A stretch of DNA of 64,000 nt, taken from an uncultured Synergistaceae bacterium (GTDB lineage Bacteria > Synergistota > Synergistia > Synergistales > Dethiosulfovibrionaceae). Under the pieces are notes generated by a model, which saw nothing but the letters and a program-made list of their open reading frames with translations, was not told where the DNA came from and searched no databases. Position numbers and translations under genes: made by a program. The stretch covers positions 6,734 to 70,733 of the forward strand of contig CABTYW010000001.1 in assembly GCA_902489135.1 (NCBI GenBank), in the 5' to 3' direction. Shown here one piece after another: positions 18,951 to 28,529 of this stretch; the stretch's first letter is position 1; the number at the start of each line of letters is the position of its first letter.

Positions 18951-20285
18951 CTAGGCATTTTCCGCCGCAGCGACGCGCCTGCTCCGCCACGCCCACAGCC
19001 ACGTCGCCGCATAGGCCGCCGCCGAAAGGGGCACCCAGGCCAGAGAAACCGAGGACAGCGGAAGCGCCGCGTAAAACCGTTCAAATCCCGGAAGACGGAG
19101 ATTGAAAAGCATCGCGTAACCGTGAATCAGTCCGACGCCGCCCGTCAGAGCCGCGGCGATCAGAGACGCCCGCGCCGCCCGAAGGTTCCCCGGCTTCAGA
19201 CAGTTTCCGCACAGACAATAATACAGCGAGAGCACAATGGACACGGGATAGCAGGCGTCGAGCACGGGCCCGATGACGCTGATAATGGGATCCAGCCCGG
19301 CCGACGACACCATGCAGGCGAGGACACAGGTCAGCGCACAGATTTTTCCGTAGGACAGGCGGCCGTTGAAAATTTCTTCCCACAGCGACGCCGTTGACGA
19401 CGCAACCCCCATGGTAGCCGTCAGACTGGCCGTGGCAAGAGCAGCAAGAAAGACCAGGCCTCCGGCGCTTCCCCAGAGGTTGACCACCATTTGGACGTAA
19501 AGCGCCGAAAGGTTTAGACGAATGGTTCCGCCCGTGTTGGCGCCGGCGATCATGTGCCCCAGATGCGCCAGGGCAAGGAGCCCCAGACCGACGACGCAGA
19601 CTTTCAGCAGATTGGCCCCCACGCTTCGAGGCGCAATGCCGGCATTTCCGATGCCCTGAACGGCCACGAGCCCATAGGCGAGAGCGCACTGAAGATCGCC
19701 CGCCGCATACCCGGCGATGAAGCCGTGAACCACGGGATGATCGCTGAAAACCGGCGGCACGCGCGGCGCAAGAGGCGTCGCCATGCTTTGAGCGATGACG
19801 GCCGTGACGATAACGACCAGCAGCGGAAAGAAAATTTTGCCGATGCGCTCCACCACTTTTCCCTTGCCGGAGACAAACAGGAAGACCGCCAGATAGAGCA
19901 GCCCGTTGAAGGAACATTGCGACGCGAAACTGCCGGAAGTGCCCGTCAGCTGAAGGATGGCAGACCACAGGGCCGCCGTAATTCTCGGCATCATGAAGAA
20001 GGGGCCGAGAATGAGGATGGTCAGCGCCACGGCGCACAGGCCGAATTTGGGCGCCGGCCGGCAAATCAGCGTCAGAAAGTTGCCGCCGCCCCTTACCAAA
20101 GCCACATAACCCAAAAAAGGAAGGACCACGGCCGAAAGGAAAATGCCAGCGTACGTCCAAAAGACCGCGCTGCCCGCATCAGCGCCCCACGTCACGGGAT
20201 AGAGCAGACAGCCCGCGCCGAAGTGCATTGAAAACAGGCCGCCGCCGAGAACGAGAAGTTCTTTGAATGAAAGATTTTCACGCAT
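18951..20285 (-). CDS. brnQ: Branched-chain amino acid:cation symporter (BrnQ/LIVCS family)
   Basis: LFSMHFGAGCLLYP, LGPFFMMPR, ERIGKIFFP, 12 TM pattern. Confidence 0.8.
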   Translation of the reverse strand: MRENLSFKELLVLGGGLFSMHFGAGCLLYPVTWGADAGSAVFWTYAGIFLSAVVLPFLGYVALVRGGGNFLTLICRPAPKFGLCAVALTILILGPFFMMPRITAALWSAILQLTGTSGSFASQCSFNGLLYLAVFLFVSGKGKVVERIGKIFFPLLVVIVTAVIAQSMATPLAPRVPPVFSDHPVVHGFIAGYAAGDLQCALAYGLVAVQGIGNAGIAPRSVGANLLKVCVVGLGLLALAHLGHMIAGANTGGTIRLNLSALYVQMVVNLWGSAGGLVFLAALATASLTATMGVASSTASLWEEIFNGRLSYGKICALTCVLACMVSSAGLDPIISVIGPVLDACYPVSIVLSLYYCLCGNCLKPGNLRAARASLIAAALTGGVGLIHGYAMLFNLRLPGFERFYAALPLSSVSLAWVPLSAAAYAATWLWAWRSRRVAAAENA

Positions 20286-20374
20286 TTTTTAAATTCAGCT
20301 CCGCTGACAGCCTTTTCCGAAAAGGCCGACGTCACCGCCGGCGAGCGCAACCGCTCTCAAGAGGCGCGCCCATT

Positions 20375-21322
20375 TCAGTTTCCGGCGCCTTTGCCTAAAT
20401 GCTTTAAAGAGACCAAAGCGATGGCCGAAAAGATAAAAGCGCAACCCACCAGCTCCGGCAGCGAAGGGACCGCCTTCGTCGCCCAGGCCGTGAGCCCCAC
20501 CGCCGAGAGAATCTCCACCGAGGCCATGAGACTGGAAACCGATGCGGGGACGCACTCCAACGACTTGAAATAAAGCGAATACCCCACCAGACAGCCGAAA
20601 AAAGAGGGCACGAAAATCAGGACTCCCGCATAGGGCGTAACCGCGGAAAAGTTTCTCCATTCACCGGCGGCGAAAATATACAGCGTCGTCCAGAAAATGC
20701 CGCAGAGGTGCGTATAAAAGAAAAATCCCCAGCCCGTAACGGTGCTGCCCCTGGTGCTGGAAGCGCGCACAAGAAGGGTTTGCCCCACAATGCCCGCCAC
20801 CGCCGCGATCCCCCACAGCACGCCTCTCACGTCGATGTGAGTGTTGAGCGTCCACTGCGGCGTCATCACCGAACACACCACGCCCAGCGCCACCAGGCAG
20901 GCTCCCGCGAAGTCCCATTTCGTGGGCCGCTCGCCGGTGACCGGCGAAGAACACAGCACCGTCACAATGGGATAGGTGTAGTGCAGCACCAGCGCCGAAG
21001 CGGCCTCGAGATATTCGACGGACAACATGAACCCCAGATAGAGCCCCGTGGGCCCCAACAGAGAAAACCAGAAAATGCGCTTCAGGTCCCTGCGTGTTAT
21101 TTTCAGCTGATGGGGATGGCAGAGCCTCAGCCAAACCCAGAGAATCAGCGACACCATGAGCATGCGGATCAGCACCGCCAGAGAGATGGACACGCCCTCC
21201 CGGCCGAGCAGCTTTGTGGCGGGCGTCGTCAGTCCCCACAGAATGCCCGTCATGCCGCTCAGGGCAATGCCCTTGAATGTCCTGTCCGCCCCTTTCCCGG
21301 GCGAAAAATTTTTCTTTGTCAC
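20375..21322 (-). CDS. DMT/EamA family transporter
   Basis: ILWG, LHYTYP, GERP, SSLMASVE; ten TM segments. Confidence 0.85.
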   Translation of the reverse strand: MTKKNFSPGKGADRTFKGIALSGMTGILWGLTTPATKLLGREGVSISLAVLIRMLMVSLILWVWLRLCHPHQLKITRRDLKRIFWFSLLGPTGLYLGFMLSVEYLEAASALVLHYTYPIVTVLCSSPVTGERPTKWDFAGACLVALGVVCSVMTPQWTLNTHIDVRGVLWGIAAVAGIVGQTLLVRASSTRGSTVTGWGFFFYTHLCGIFWTTLYIFAAGEWRNFSAVTPYAGVLIFVPSFFGCLVGYSLYFKSLECVPASVSSLMASVEILSAVGLTAWATKAVPSLPELVGCAFIFSAIALVSLKHLGKGAGN

Positions 21323-21329
21323 CGCCGTT

Positions 21330-21836
21330 TCACCACCGTCGCTCCGAAATTGTCGGGATTGGGGCAGCCTTCGGTCTTGCCGGCAAGCCCTTCGCTTTTA
21401 AGTACCCCGACATGGACGGCGTTTTCCCCAATCCCTCCGCCGGTTCGATAACGGAAATCGCCGCCGGGCCGCAATGCGCCTTCAGCGCGCCGCCGATGCG
21501 GCATTTCTCCGCTGAATTCCGCTTTTCCCAGATGCGCCCCGTTCCCGTGACGTTGCGGTCCACCTGCCCCATGGGCTCCGCCTTTGACAGATGGAGCTCC
21601 ACGGCGGCGGCGATGATGCAGGACGACGCCCGGGGATGGACGAGCAGAAGCCCCGCCTTGCACCCGGCGAGAGCGTCGTGAAAATACAAACCGTTCCGCT
21701 CTCGGCCGCCGTAATCGACGGAAACGGCATGGGGAGCGCCCCAACTGCCGACAGACGCGAGATGAAGCAGACGCCCGTCTTCGATGACGTTCCCGACCCG
21801 ATCCGTATTTTTCACTTCGCGGCCTTTTCTTCTCAC
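21330..21836 (-). pseudogene. Degenerate pyridoxamine-5'-phosphate oxidase-like / NimA-family flavin-binding gene (CDS or pseudogene)
   Basis: MRRKGRE start, LHLA...PHAVSVDYG...LYFHDALAGCK, VTGTGRI resemble the family but many conserved positions are replaced. Confidence 0.5.
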
Positions 21837-21915
21837 CGAACGCTCACCTCTGCACCGTCTTTATTTTTCGACTCGGTCCCCGCTTGTTCCGCCTTTCGCG
21901 AAACGTGCGCAGGCG

Positions 21916-22374
21916 TCACGGCCTGACTTGAAAGACCATTTCCACCTCGCAGGGAGCGTTTCCCGGAAGGGACGACGCGCCCACGGCGCTGCGGGCGTGA
22001 GCGCCGGTCGCTCCGAAAAGTTCGTACAGCAGCTTCGAGGCGCCGTCCACGACCTTCGACTGATCAGTGAAATCGGAGGAGCAGTTCACAAACCCCGTGA
22101 CCTTCACGACGCGGACCACTTGGTCCAAACCGCAGAGCCGGTCCGCGATGGACAGACAGTTGACGGCGCACAGTCGCGCGGCGGCCTGCGCTTCTTCCAA
22201 AGACAGGTCGACGCCGCACTTCCCGCGGTATTGAAGCTGGCCGTCCACTTTGGGCGTCTGTCCCGCGGTAAAAAGCAACGCTCCCGCTTTGACGCCGGGG
22301 CAGTAGGACGCCGACGGAGGCGTCGAACGAGGCAGCCGGATGCCAAGTTCCTTCAGACGGTCATAGAGGTTCAT
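21916..22374 (-). CDS. RidA/YjgF/YER057c family protein (Rid1/2-type)
   Basis: LFTAGQTP, VVKVTGFVN, GAHARSAVG...LPGNAPCEVE; GGAGGAGG RBS. Confidence 0.92.
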   Translation of the reverse strand: MNLYDRLKELGIRLPRSTPPSASYCPGVKAGALLFTAGQTPKVDGQLQYRGKCGVDLSLEEAQAAARLCAVNCLSIADRLCGLDQVVRVVKVTGFVNCSSDFTDQSKVVDGASKLLYELFGATGAHARSAVGASSLPGNAPCEVEMVFQVRP

Positions 22375-22942
22375 CGTTCATTCCTCCTCCAATGTTTTCA
22401 AAAAACAAAGGCGCGCCACGGTTGCCTCCCCATGGAGACAGGGTTCACCTCTCTCTATCAGGCTGACAGGCGCCGTCCAAAGGCGCCCGCAACGGTCGGG
22501 CAAAAAAATAAAGGCGCCCCGCCCGGCGAGCCGCAGCAGAACACCATCTCAGTGTATCATTTTGCCCCGCCCATGGAAAGCGCTCAGGCCGATTGTGGGG
22601 CTGAGCGCGACGTTTTTTAACTAAGTGGCAGAGAAAAAGGCCTCAGGCGATGCTCTATAATAATCAAAGCGCCTGATCCCGCCGAACAGAGGGGCGTAAA
22701 TTTTTTGCCGGCGGGAGCGCTGCCGAAATGGACCATGGGCGCTTCCCGACCACTTCCGACGCACGCTTTTTTGTGAAAAAATCGACGGCACGGGGCCTTT
22801 GCTCCCACAATACAGGAGATGGAAAACCGTCCCGCGGTGAAATGTTCTTTTTTCCGACTTCCCTCGGCGGCCATGAACTTCACCGGCCTGAAAATTTCTG
22901 CTATGATCTCGGTCAAAACCCGATGTTAAGGAAGGAACGACG

Positions 22943-23830
22943 ATGAAACGCACTTCCGTTCTCTATGCGGCGCTGGCGGGCGGCGTGATGATGCTGTCGG
23001 CGTCGGGCATTTTCTCAAAATTGGCGGCGGCTCCGCCGGCGATTATCGCTTTTTATCGACTGTTCATCACTGCGGCGGTGCTTTTCCCCTGGGTGATGCT
23101 CCATCCCCGCCGGCGCCGCGAAATTTTTCGTCCCGATCGACGGAATTTTTCGCTCTGCGCCACGGCAGGTTTCTTTCTGGCAGCCCATTATGTCATGTGG
23201 ATCAGCTCCATCGGCTTCACGTCAGTTTCATGCGCCACGGTGCTTGCGGCGCTTCAGCCCATTTTCAACATGTTCTGGGGAAGACTGCTCCTCCATGAAA
23301 AAGTTTCGCGACGGTCTGTTGTGGGCTGCGCCGTTGCCATTGCGGGAACGCTGCTGATCGGCGGCGGCGATTTCCGCATCAGCGAAGCGGCGCTTTGGGG
23401 CGACGCTCTGGCGCTCCTTTCCGGCGCGGTGATCAGTCTCTATTTTCTGTCGGGACAGATGGCGCGCCGAAAGATGGGGGCCTTGACCTATTCCTTTCTC
23501 AGCTACGGAGCCGGCGCCGTCTTTCTCGCACTTTACGGCTTCTTCAGGGGAAACTCTTTCATCGGCTACGGCCGTGCCACGTGGGCCTGTTTCTTCGCTC
23601 TGGCTCTGATTTCCACCATCGGCGGTCAAATGGTCTTCAATTTTCTGCTCCGATGGCTCAGCGCCACAACGGTGACGGCGGGCATTCTGGGCGAACCGCT
23701 GGGAACCTGCGTTCTGGCGATGATCTTTCTGGGAGAAAAGCTAACGCCCCAGCTGGCCGCCGGTATGGCGGTCATCGGCGCCGGTCTTGCGCTCTTTTTC
23801 GGCGGCAAAAACGAAATGACGGCCAACTGA
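22943..23830 (+). CDS. DMT/EamA family transporter
   Basis: IAFYRL, FLAAHYVMW, QPIF, WGDALAL, LGEPLG; AAGGAAGG RBS. Confidence 0.9.
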   Translation: MKRTSVLYAALAGGVMMLSASGIFSKLAAAPPAIIAFYRLFITAAVLFPWVMLHPRRRREIFRPDRRNFSLCATAGFFLAAHYVMWISSIGFTSVSCATVLAALQPIFNMFWGRLLLHEKVSRRSVVGCAVAIAGTLLIGGGDFRISEAALWGDALALLSGAVISLYFLSGQMARRKMGALTYSFLSYGAGAVFLALYGFFRGNSFIGYGRATWACFFALALISTIGGQMVFNFLLRWLSATTVTAGILGEPLGTCVLAMIFLGEKLTPQLAAGMAVIGAGLALFFGGKNEMTAN

Positions 23831-23877
23831 GCGCCGATTCCATGGAGTTCGTGCGCCTCCGGTCGTTTTTCAAAAGC

Positions 23878-23921
23878 AACGGGACAGTTCCCCATAAAAC
23901 CGGCGGAACTGTCCCGTTTTG
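23878..23921. terminator. Bidirectional terminator
   Basis: AACGGGACAGTTCC / GGAACTGTCCCGTT stem flanked by A and T runs between convergent genes. Confidence 0.75.
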
Positions 23922-23923
23922 CA

Positions 23924-24388
23924 TCAGAATTCGTTCAGCGTCAGCGAACCGTCTTCGCCGCTTATTCCCACGGAAAAGTTTCGCGTCTTTCCCTCTCCGT
24001 CCACATAGGAAATGCCGTTGTTGGGCAGATCTCCGTAAAAGACCGTCGTTACCGCAAGGGGATGTTCGGGCGTCAGCTCGTCAAGACAATGGAGCTCTTT
24101 GACGTCAAACACCGGCTTGCCCGCCTCGTCAATGTCCTTAAACTCCAGGGCCAGCACCTTGAAGTCCTTCACGGGGCCGGCGGCCATAAACAGGAGATCG
24201 ACCTCAAACTCGCCGCTGGCAGCCACAAAGGGTTCGCCGGCGGACAGTCCGTCGGGGCAATCCTTCAGCCATATGGCCTTCACGGGAAGCTCCGACGCCC
24301 ATGCCTGCGAAGCGGGCAGCGCCGAGGCCGCCAAAAAGGCCATGACGCCTGCCGCAAGAACCGCCAAGAACGCTCTTCCGTCTCTCAT
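23924..24388 (-). CDS. Hypothetical exported protein
   Basis: Signal-peptide-like N-terminus (MRDGRAFLAVLAAGVMAFLAASALPASQAWA); acidic beta-rich mature domain; GGAGGG RBS. Confidence 0.75.
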   Translation of the reverse strand: MRDGRAFLAVLAAGVMAFLAASALPASQAWASELPVKAIWLKDCPDGLSAGEPFVAASGEFEVDLLFMAAGPVKDFKVLALEFKDIDEAGKPVFDVKELHCLDELTPEHPLAVTTVFYGDLPNNGISYVDGEGKTRNFSVGISGEDGSLTLNEF

Positions 24389-24462
24389 GTTTTTCCCTCC
24401 AATTCTTTTGACGGCGCCGAGACCGCCGCCGGAAAATTCCGCCGGCCTTCCGGCCCTTCGCT

Positions 24463-24912
24463 TCAACGATTTTTCACTGTCCGCGGCGCGCCGTCGAGAT
24501 TTTTGATCATGGGAACGTGGGGCGTCTTTTCGTCATAGAAGACGGAACCGCACACAACGTAGCCCGAGCGTCGATACAGCTCCGCGGCCGTACATTGCGC
24601 TCCCACGAGGACGCTCCCGGCGCCCTGCGCTCTGAGGAAGTCTTCGGCCTCCTTGAGCAGCGCCGACGCAATTCCGCGCCGACGAAAGTCACGGAGGACG
24701 GCTACGCGCCCGATGCGCCACCGGCCCGGCCCCTCGGGAAAGACGCGGCAGCAGCCGACGGGAACGCCTTCCAGCAGAGCCAGAATGTGACACGTTCCGG
24801 GGGCGCCGTCAATGTCGTCGAACTCGTTTTCATAGCCCTGTTCTTCCACAAAAACCTTTTGACGAATTATTCTCTCACCGTCGCTGACCGCCGCGCTCTT
24901 TTCAAATTCCAT
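24463..24912 (-). CDS. GNAT family N-acetyltransferase (ElaA/YjcF-like)
   Basis: IRQKVFVEEQG, IGRVAVLRDFRRRGIA, LYRRSGY, PHVPM. Confidence 0.92.
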   Translation of the reverse strand: MEFEKSAAVSDGERIIRQKVFVEEQGYENEFDDIDGAPGTCHILALLEGVPVGCCRVFPEGPGRWRIGRVAVLRDFRRRGIASALLKEAEDFLRAQGAGSVLVGAQCTAAELYRRSGYVVCGSVFYDEKTPHVPMIKNLDGAPRTVKNR

Positions 24913-25001
24913 CAATTTTCTCCTCTTCCTTTTTTTCAAAGTTTATCTCAAAAGGGACCCTGTTGCAAGACGGGAAACAAGGCACCGACAACGGCGCCCC
25001 A

Positions 25002-25010
25002 TGCTATAAT
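25002..25010 (+). promoter_or_regulatory. Extended -10 promoter element TGCTATAAT
   Basis: Perfect TGnTATAAT about 48 bp upstream of the ATG at 25058. Confidence 0.55.
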
Positions 25011-25057
25011 ATATTCGGCAAGGGATAATTTTTCGCATCATAAAGGACTGAGCCTCA

Positions 25058-26452
25058 ATGATCTATGACGCCATTATCGTCGGCGCGGGCCCCTCGGGCA
25101 TTTTTGCGGCTCTGGAGCTGACGCGGCGGCACAAAAAAGTGCTGATTCTCGACAGAGGCCCGCTGATCGATCAACGTCAGTGTCCCATTCTGACGGGCAA
25201 GACCGATCACTGCGTCAACTGTCCCTCCTGCGCCGTGGTGGCGGGATGGGGCGGCGCAGGGGCCGCTTCCGACGGCAAGCTGACGGTGACCACGGGCTTC
25301 GGCGGCAACCTTGAAGAGTTCGTGGGCAAGGACCGCCTTCAACGACTTATCGAAGAAGTGGACGCTTCCTTTGTGGCTTTCGGAGCCGACTGTCACTTTT
25401 ACGAGCCCCGCGGCCCCGAGGTGAGCGACACCATAGGGCGCGCCGCAGCGGCGGGCATTAAAGTGCTTCCCGCAAAAATCCGCCATATCGGCACCGACGC
25501 CTCTCGGGAAGTGCTGGACGCCATGTACCGACACTTAAAGGACAAATGCGAAATCCTTATGGAAACCGGCGTTCAATCCGTGCTGACCTGCGACGGCCAC
25601 GTCGTGGGCGTAAGAACCGACGACGGGGGCGAATTCCGGGGACACAGCGTCATCGTCGCCCCCGGACGAAGCGGTGCGGCATGGCTGGAAGGCATCATCG
25701 AAGAATTCAAAATGCCCATCGGCTCCATGCCGGTGGACATCGGCGTTCGCGTTGAAGTTCCCGACAGCGTCTGCGAGGCACTGACGAGGAAATTTTACGA
25801 AGTCAAATGCATTTACAACACGCCCACCTTCGACGACCGAGTGCGAACCTTCTGCATGAACCCCTCGGGCTTCGTGGTGTCGGAATACGACACGGCGCAC
25901 CGTCTGGTGACGGCCAACGGCCACAGCCTGAAGCACCGGCACTCGCAGAACACCAACTTCGCCATTCTGGTGACGAAAAATTTCACCAAGCCCTTTACCG
26001 ATCCCATCGGCTATGCCACTCACATCGCCCGTCTGGCCAACATGCTCGCCGGCGGAGGACTGTTGGTTCAGCGACTGGGTGACCTCAGAAACGGCCGGCG
26101 CTCCACGCCCGACCGAATTGGCCGCGGAATGATCCCGCCAACGGGCCCCGCCGTCCCCGGCGATCTGAGTCTGGTGCTGCCTCACCGGCAGATGACGGAC
26201 ATTATCGAATTTCTTGACGCGTTGAACGTCATTATGCCCGGCGTCAATCAGAGCGACACGCTGCTCTACGGCGTGGAGATCAAGCTGTATTCGCTGCGCG
26301 TCAGTCTCGGCAGCGACATGGCGGCTCCGGGCGTCAAAGGCCTGTACCTCGCAGGCGACGGCGCCGGCGTGAGCCGCGGCATCATTCAGGCCGCCGCCAG
26401 CGGTCTCGTGGCGGCACGAAGCATCTGTGACGGATCTCATCTCTCACCATAA
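25058..26452 (+). CDS. NAD(P)/FAD-dependent oxidoreductase (COG2509-like) with N-terminal Cys cluster
   Basis: YDAIIVGAGPSG, CP...CVNCPSC, GWGGAGAASDGKL, RTFCMNP, GDGAGVSRG. Confidence 0.88.
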   Translation: MIYDAIIVGAGPSGIFAALELTRRHKKVLILDRGPLIDQRQCPILTGKTDHCVNCPSCAVVAGWGGAGAASDGKLTVTTGFGGNLEEFVGKDRLQRLIEEVDASFVAFGADCHFYEPRGPEVSDTIGRAAAAGIKVLPAKIRHIGTDASREVLDAMYRHLKDKCEILMETGVQSVLTCDGHVVGVRTDDGGEFRGHSVIVAPGRSGAAWLEGIIEEFKMPIGSMPVDIGVRVEVPDSVCEALTRKFYEVKCIYNTPTFDDRVRTFCMNPSGFVVSEYDTAHRLVTANGHSLKHRHSQNTNFAILVTKNFTKPFTDPIGYATHIARLANMLAGGGLLVQRLGDLRNGRRSTPDRIGRGMIPPTGPAVPGDLSLVLPHRQMTDIIEFLDALNVIMPGVNQSDTLLYGVEIKLYSLRVSLGSDMAAPGVKGLYLAGDGAGVSRGIIQAAASGLVAARSICDGSHLSP

Positions 26453-26464
26453 GGAGGGAGTTAC

Positions 26465-27352
26465 ATGAACGAGCAAAATATTGACGAACAGAAAGTAAAA
26501 CTTGGAGAAACGGCCCTGCAGGCGGCTCTGAAAGCTCAGCGCCGCACGGCCGAAGCCGCCGTGCTTTTTGACGCATTGGCGCCCCGTGCCGGCGCGGAAA
26601 GCGAAATCCTCAAGGCCGCCGCCGCAGAGAAAAAGGAATTGGCACGTTCTTTGTCGGAGCTGACGGGACAAACTCCCGCGCTTCGGCGGTTTCGAAAAAT
26701 CTGGTGGAGCGCGCTGTCGCGCGTCTTCGGCAGCTCTTTTGTCATCAGCCGCATTGAAGCCGGAGAAGGTGCCGCCTTTAAAGAATTCGCCGCCGCCGTG
26801 GACGTGCCTCAAGCCCGGGAGTTCGGAGAAAAATCGGAGCAAATCAGCAAAAAACTGGACGGCGTCATGGACACCGCCGGTCTTCAGTCCATAAAATCCG
26901 CCGTCTACCGGCTTTACGGCGCCGTCGTCCTCTTTGTGAGCATGCTTTCAGCCTTCGCCGTCTATTTCTCCCTGAAATCGGCCGCCAAGGCGGCGCTCTG
27001 CACCGCTTCCGCCTTCGTCCTCGCCGGAACGGCTGCCGCCTTTTCATCGCGCAGCGCCGCCGGACGAAGCTCCGCACTGCGCGGTGCCGTAGTCTTTGCC
27101 TTCGAGGCCGCCCTCACGGCGCTGGTTCTGCTGTGGCCCTGCTTCGCCTTTCGCAGCACCTGGATCGCTCTGCCCGTCTCAGCGCTTTTCGCCGTCGCCG
27201 TTACCGCGGCGCTGGCCTATTTTGCGGCGGTGACGCGCCGTCAGAGCTTCACCGGCGTGTTTGTGGAAATGCTGATTACGGGAGCCATCGCCGCCGCCGC
27301 GTCGCCGCTTCTCATCTTCCTGCTGAAAGCCGGACTGAAATTCCATGGATGA
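26465..27352 (+). CDS. Rubrerythrin-like + VIT1/CCC1-like membrane protein, metal ligands apparently lost
   Basis: Length and architecture (helical N-domain with LTG, SRVFGSSFVISRIEAGE; five C-terminal TMs; EMLITG) recall the rubrerythrin-VIT1 family; AAGGAGGGAG RBS. Confidence 0.6.
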   Translation: MNEQNIDEQKVKLGETALQAALKAQRRTAEAAVLFDALAPRAGAESEILKAAAAEKKELARSLSELTGQTPALRRFRKIWWSALSRVFGSSFVISRIEAGEGAAFKEFAAAVDVPQAREFGEKSEQISKKLDGVMDTAGLQSIKSAVYRLYGAVVLFVSMLSAFAVYFSLKSAAKAALCTASAFVLAGTAAAFSSRSAAGRSSALRGAVVFAFEAALTALVLLWPCFAFRSTWIALPVSALFAVAVTAALAYFAAVTRRQSFTGVFVEMLITGAIAAAASPLLIFLLKAGLKFHG

Positions 27353-28133
27353 TGAAAGCAAAGCCATAATATTTCAGGGGGACAACGTCCTCCTCTTTCA
27401 AGGACGTCTGCCCTCCGCCGAGGAAGCCGAAACGCTGCCGCTGCGCGACGCCGGCTCCTACGAAAATCTCGCCCCGGCGGGCTGTCTGTGGGGACGAACC
27501 GACGAAGGACCGCTGCCTCGAGGCTGGAGCGCTCTCGGCCGCCGCGATTTCGGGCTGCAATTCGGCTTGGCGGCCTTCCGCTTTATGAGCACGGGCTGGG
27601 GGCTCGCCGATTGGCACCGTCAGTCACAATACTGCGGCGTCTGCGGCACGAAAATGATGCCCGCACCCGGCGAACGCGCCATGAAATGTCCCAGGTGCGG
27701 GCACATGCTTTTCCCGGTGATCTGTCCCGCCATGATTGTGGCCGTGGAGCGCCGCGGAAAGCTTCTGCTGGCAAAAAACCTTCAGCACAAGTTCAACCGT
27801 TACAGCGTTTTGGCGGGCTTCCTTGAAGTGGGAGAATCCCTCGAGGACGCCGTAGTGCGCGAAGTCCGCGAGGAAGTGGGCATTGAGGTGGACCGCGGCA
27901 GCGTTCAGTATTTGTCCAGTCAGTACTGGCCCTTTCCGAGGTCGCTCATGCTGGCCTGCCGCGCCCAGTGGAAAAGCGGCGAGCTTCGCCCCGACGGCAC
28001 GGAAATCGGCGAGGCCCGCTGGTTTGCCCCCGAGGAAATCCCCGAGAACGTTCCCGGCGGAATTACCGTGGCCGGCGGGCTCATCCGCGATTTTCTCAAA
28101 CGCCATGGCGTTGAGCCATCACGGCAACTTTAA
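27345..28133 (+). CDS. nudC: NADH pyrophosphatase
   Basis: Zn ribbon CGVCG...CPRCG, Nudix box AGFLEVGESLEDAVVREVREEVG, SQYWPFPRSLM. Confidence 0.93.
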   Translation: MDDESKAIIFQGDNVLLFQGRLPSAEEAETLPLRDAGSYENLAPAGCLWGRTDEGPLPRGWSALGRRDFGLQFGLAAFRFMSTGWGLADWHRQSQYCGVCGTKMMPAPGERAMKCPRCGHMLFPVICPAMIVAVERRGKLLLAKNLQHKFNRYSVLAGFLEVGESLEDAVVREVREEVGIEVDRGSVQYLSSQYWPFPRSLMLACRAQWKSGELRPDGTEIGEARWFAPEEIPENVPGGITVAGGLIRDFLKRHGVEPSRQL

Positions 28134-28355
28134 CCTTCCTTCGAAATCGGCGCCGCCGCCGTTTAAGTGACGGCGGGTGACGCAATCATGCGGGGTTCGG
28201 GAGCGCCATGGGGACCTGTGCGTCGTCGTTTTCCTTTTACCTTACGGATTTTTCCCCAAAAGAACTTTTTCATCGGGAGAATTCCGGCCTCCGGGCTCTG
28301 CCGTTTTTTGCCCGATGAACCGAATTGTGTATCATTTGTCATCAGTTTTTAAGCC

Positions 28356-28516
28356 TTGACATAGGCAAAATACATTTAAAATACATTCTAAAATAAGATT
28401 AAAGATTTACTTTTTAGAAAATTCACATTATAATTTCGCGTTAACGGTACGCCGTTGACGTCAAAAATCCGGCATGCTGAAAAGAAAGGATTTTCCGGCT
28501 CAGTTGTCGGAAAATT
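28356..28516 (+). promoter_or_regulatory. AT-rich liv regulatory region: TTGACA, AAAATACATT repeats, CodY-like boxes
   Basis: TTGACA 28356-28361; AAAATACATT at 28367 and 28378; ACTTTTTAGAAAATT 28409-28423; AGTTGTCGGAAAATT 28502-28516. Confidence 0.5.
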
Positions 28517-28529
28517 CAGGAAAGGGTTG

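Noticed and set aside
22485..22497. CCCGCAACGGT resembling a cobalamin riboswitch segment
   Set aside because: The upstream AGGGAA-GGTG-AA-TCC core is absent and the context is not B12-related.
22535..22552. GAGATGGTGTTC on minus strand resembling a fluoride riboswitch 5' end
   Set aside because: The downstream GCTGATGAC-type element and P1 pairing are missing, and there is no fluoride-related gene.
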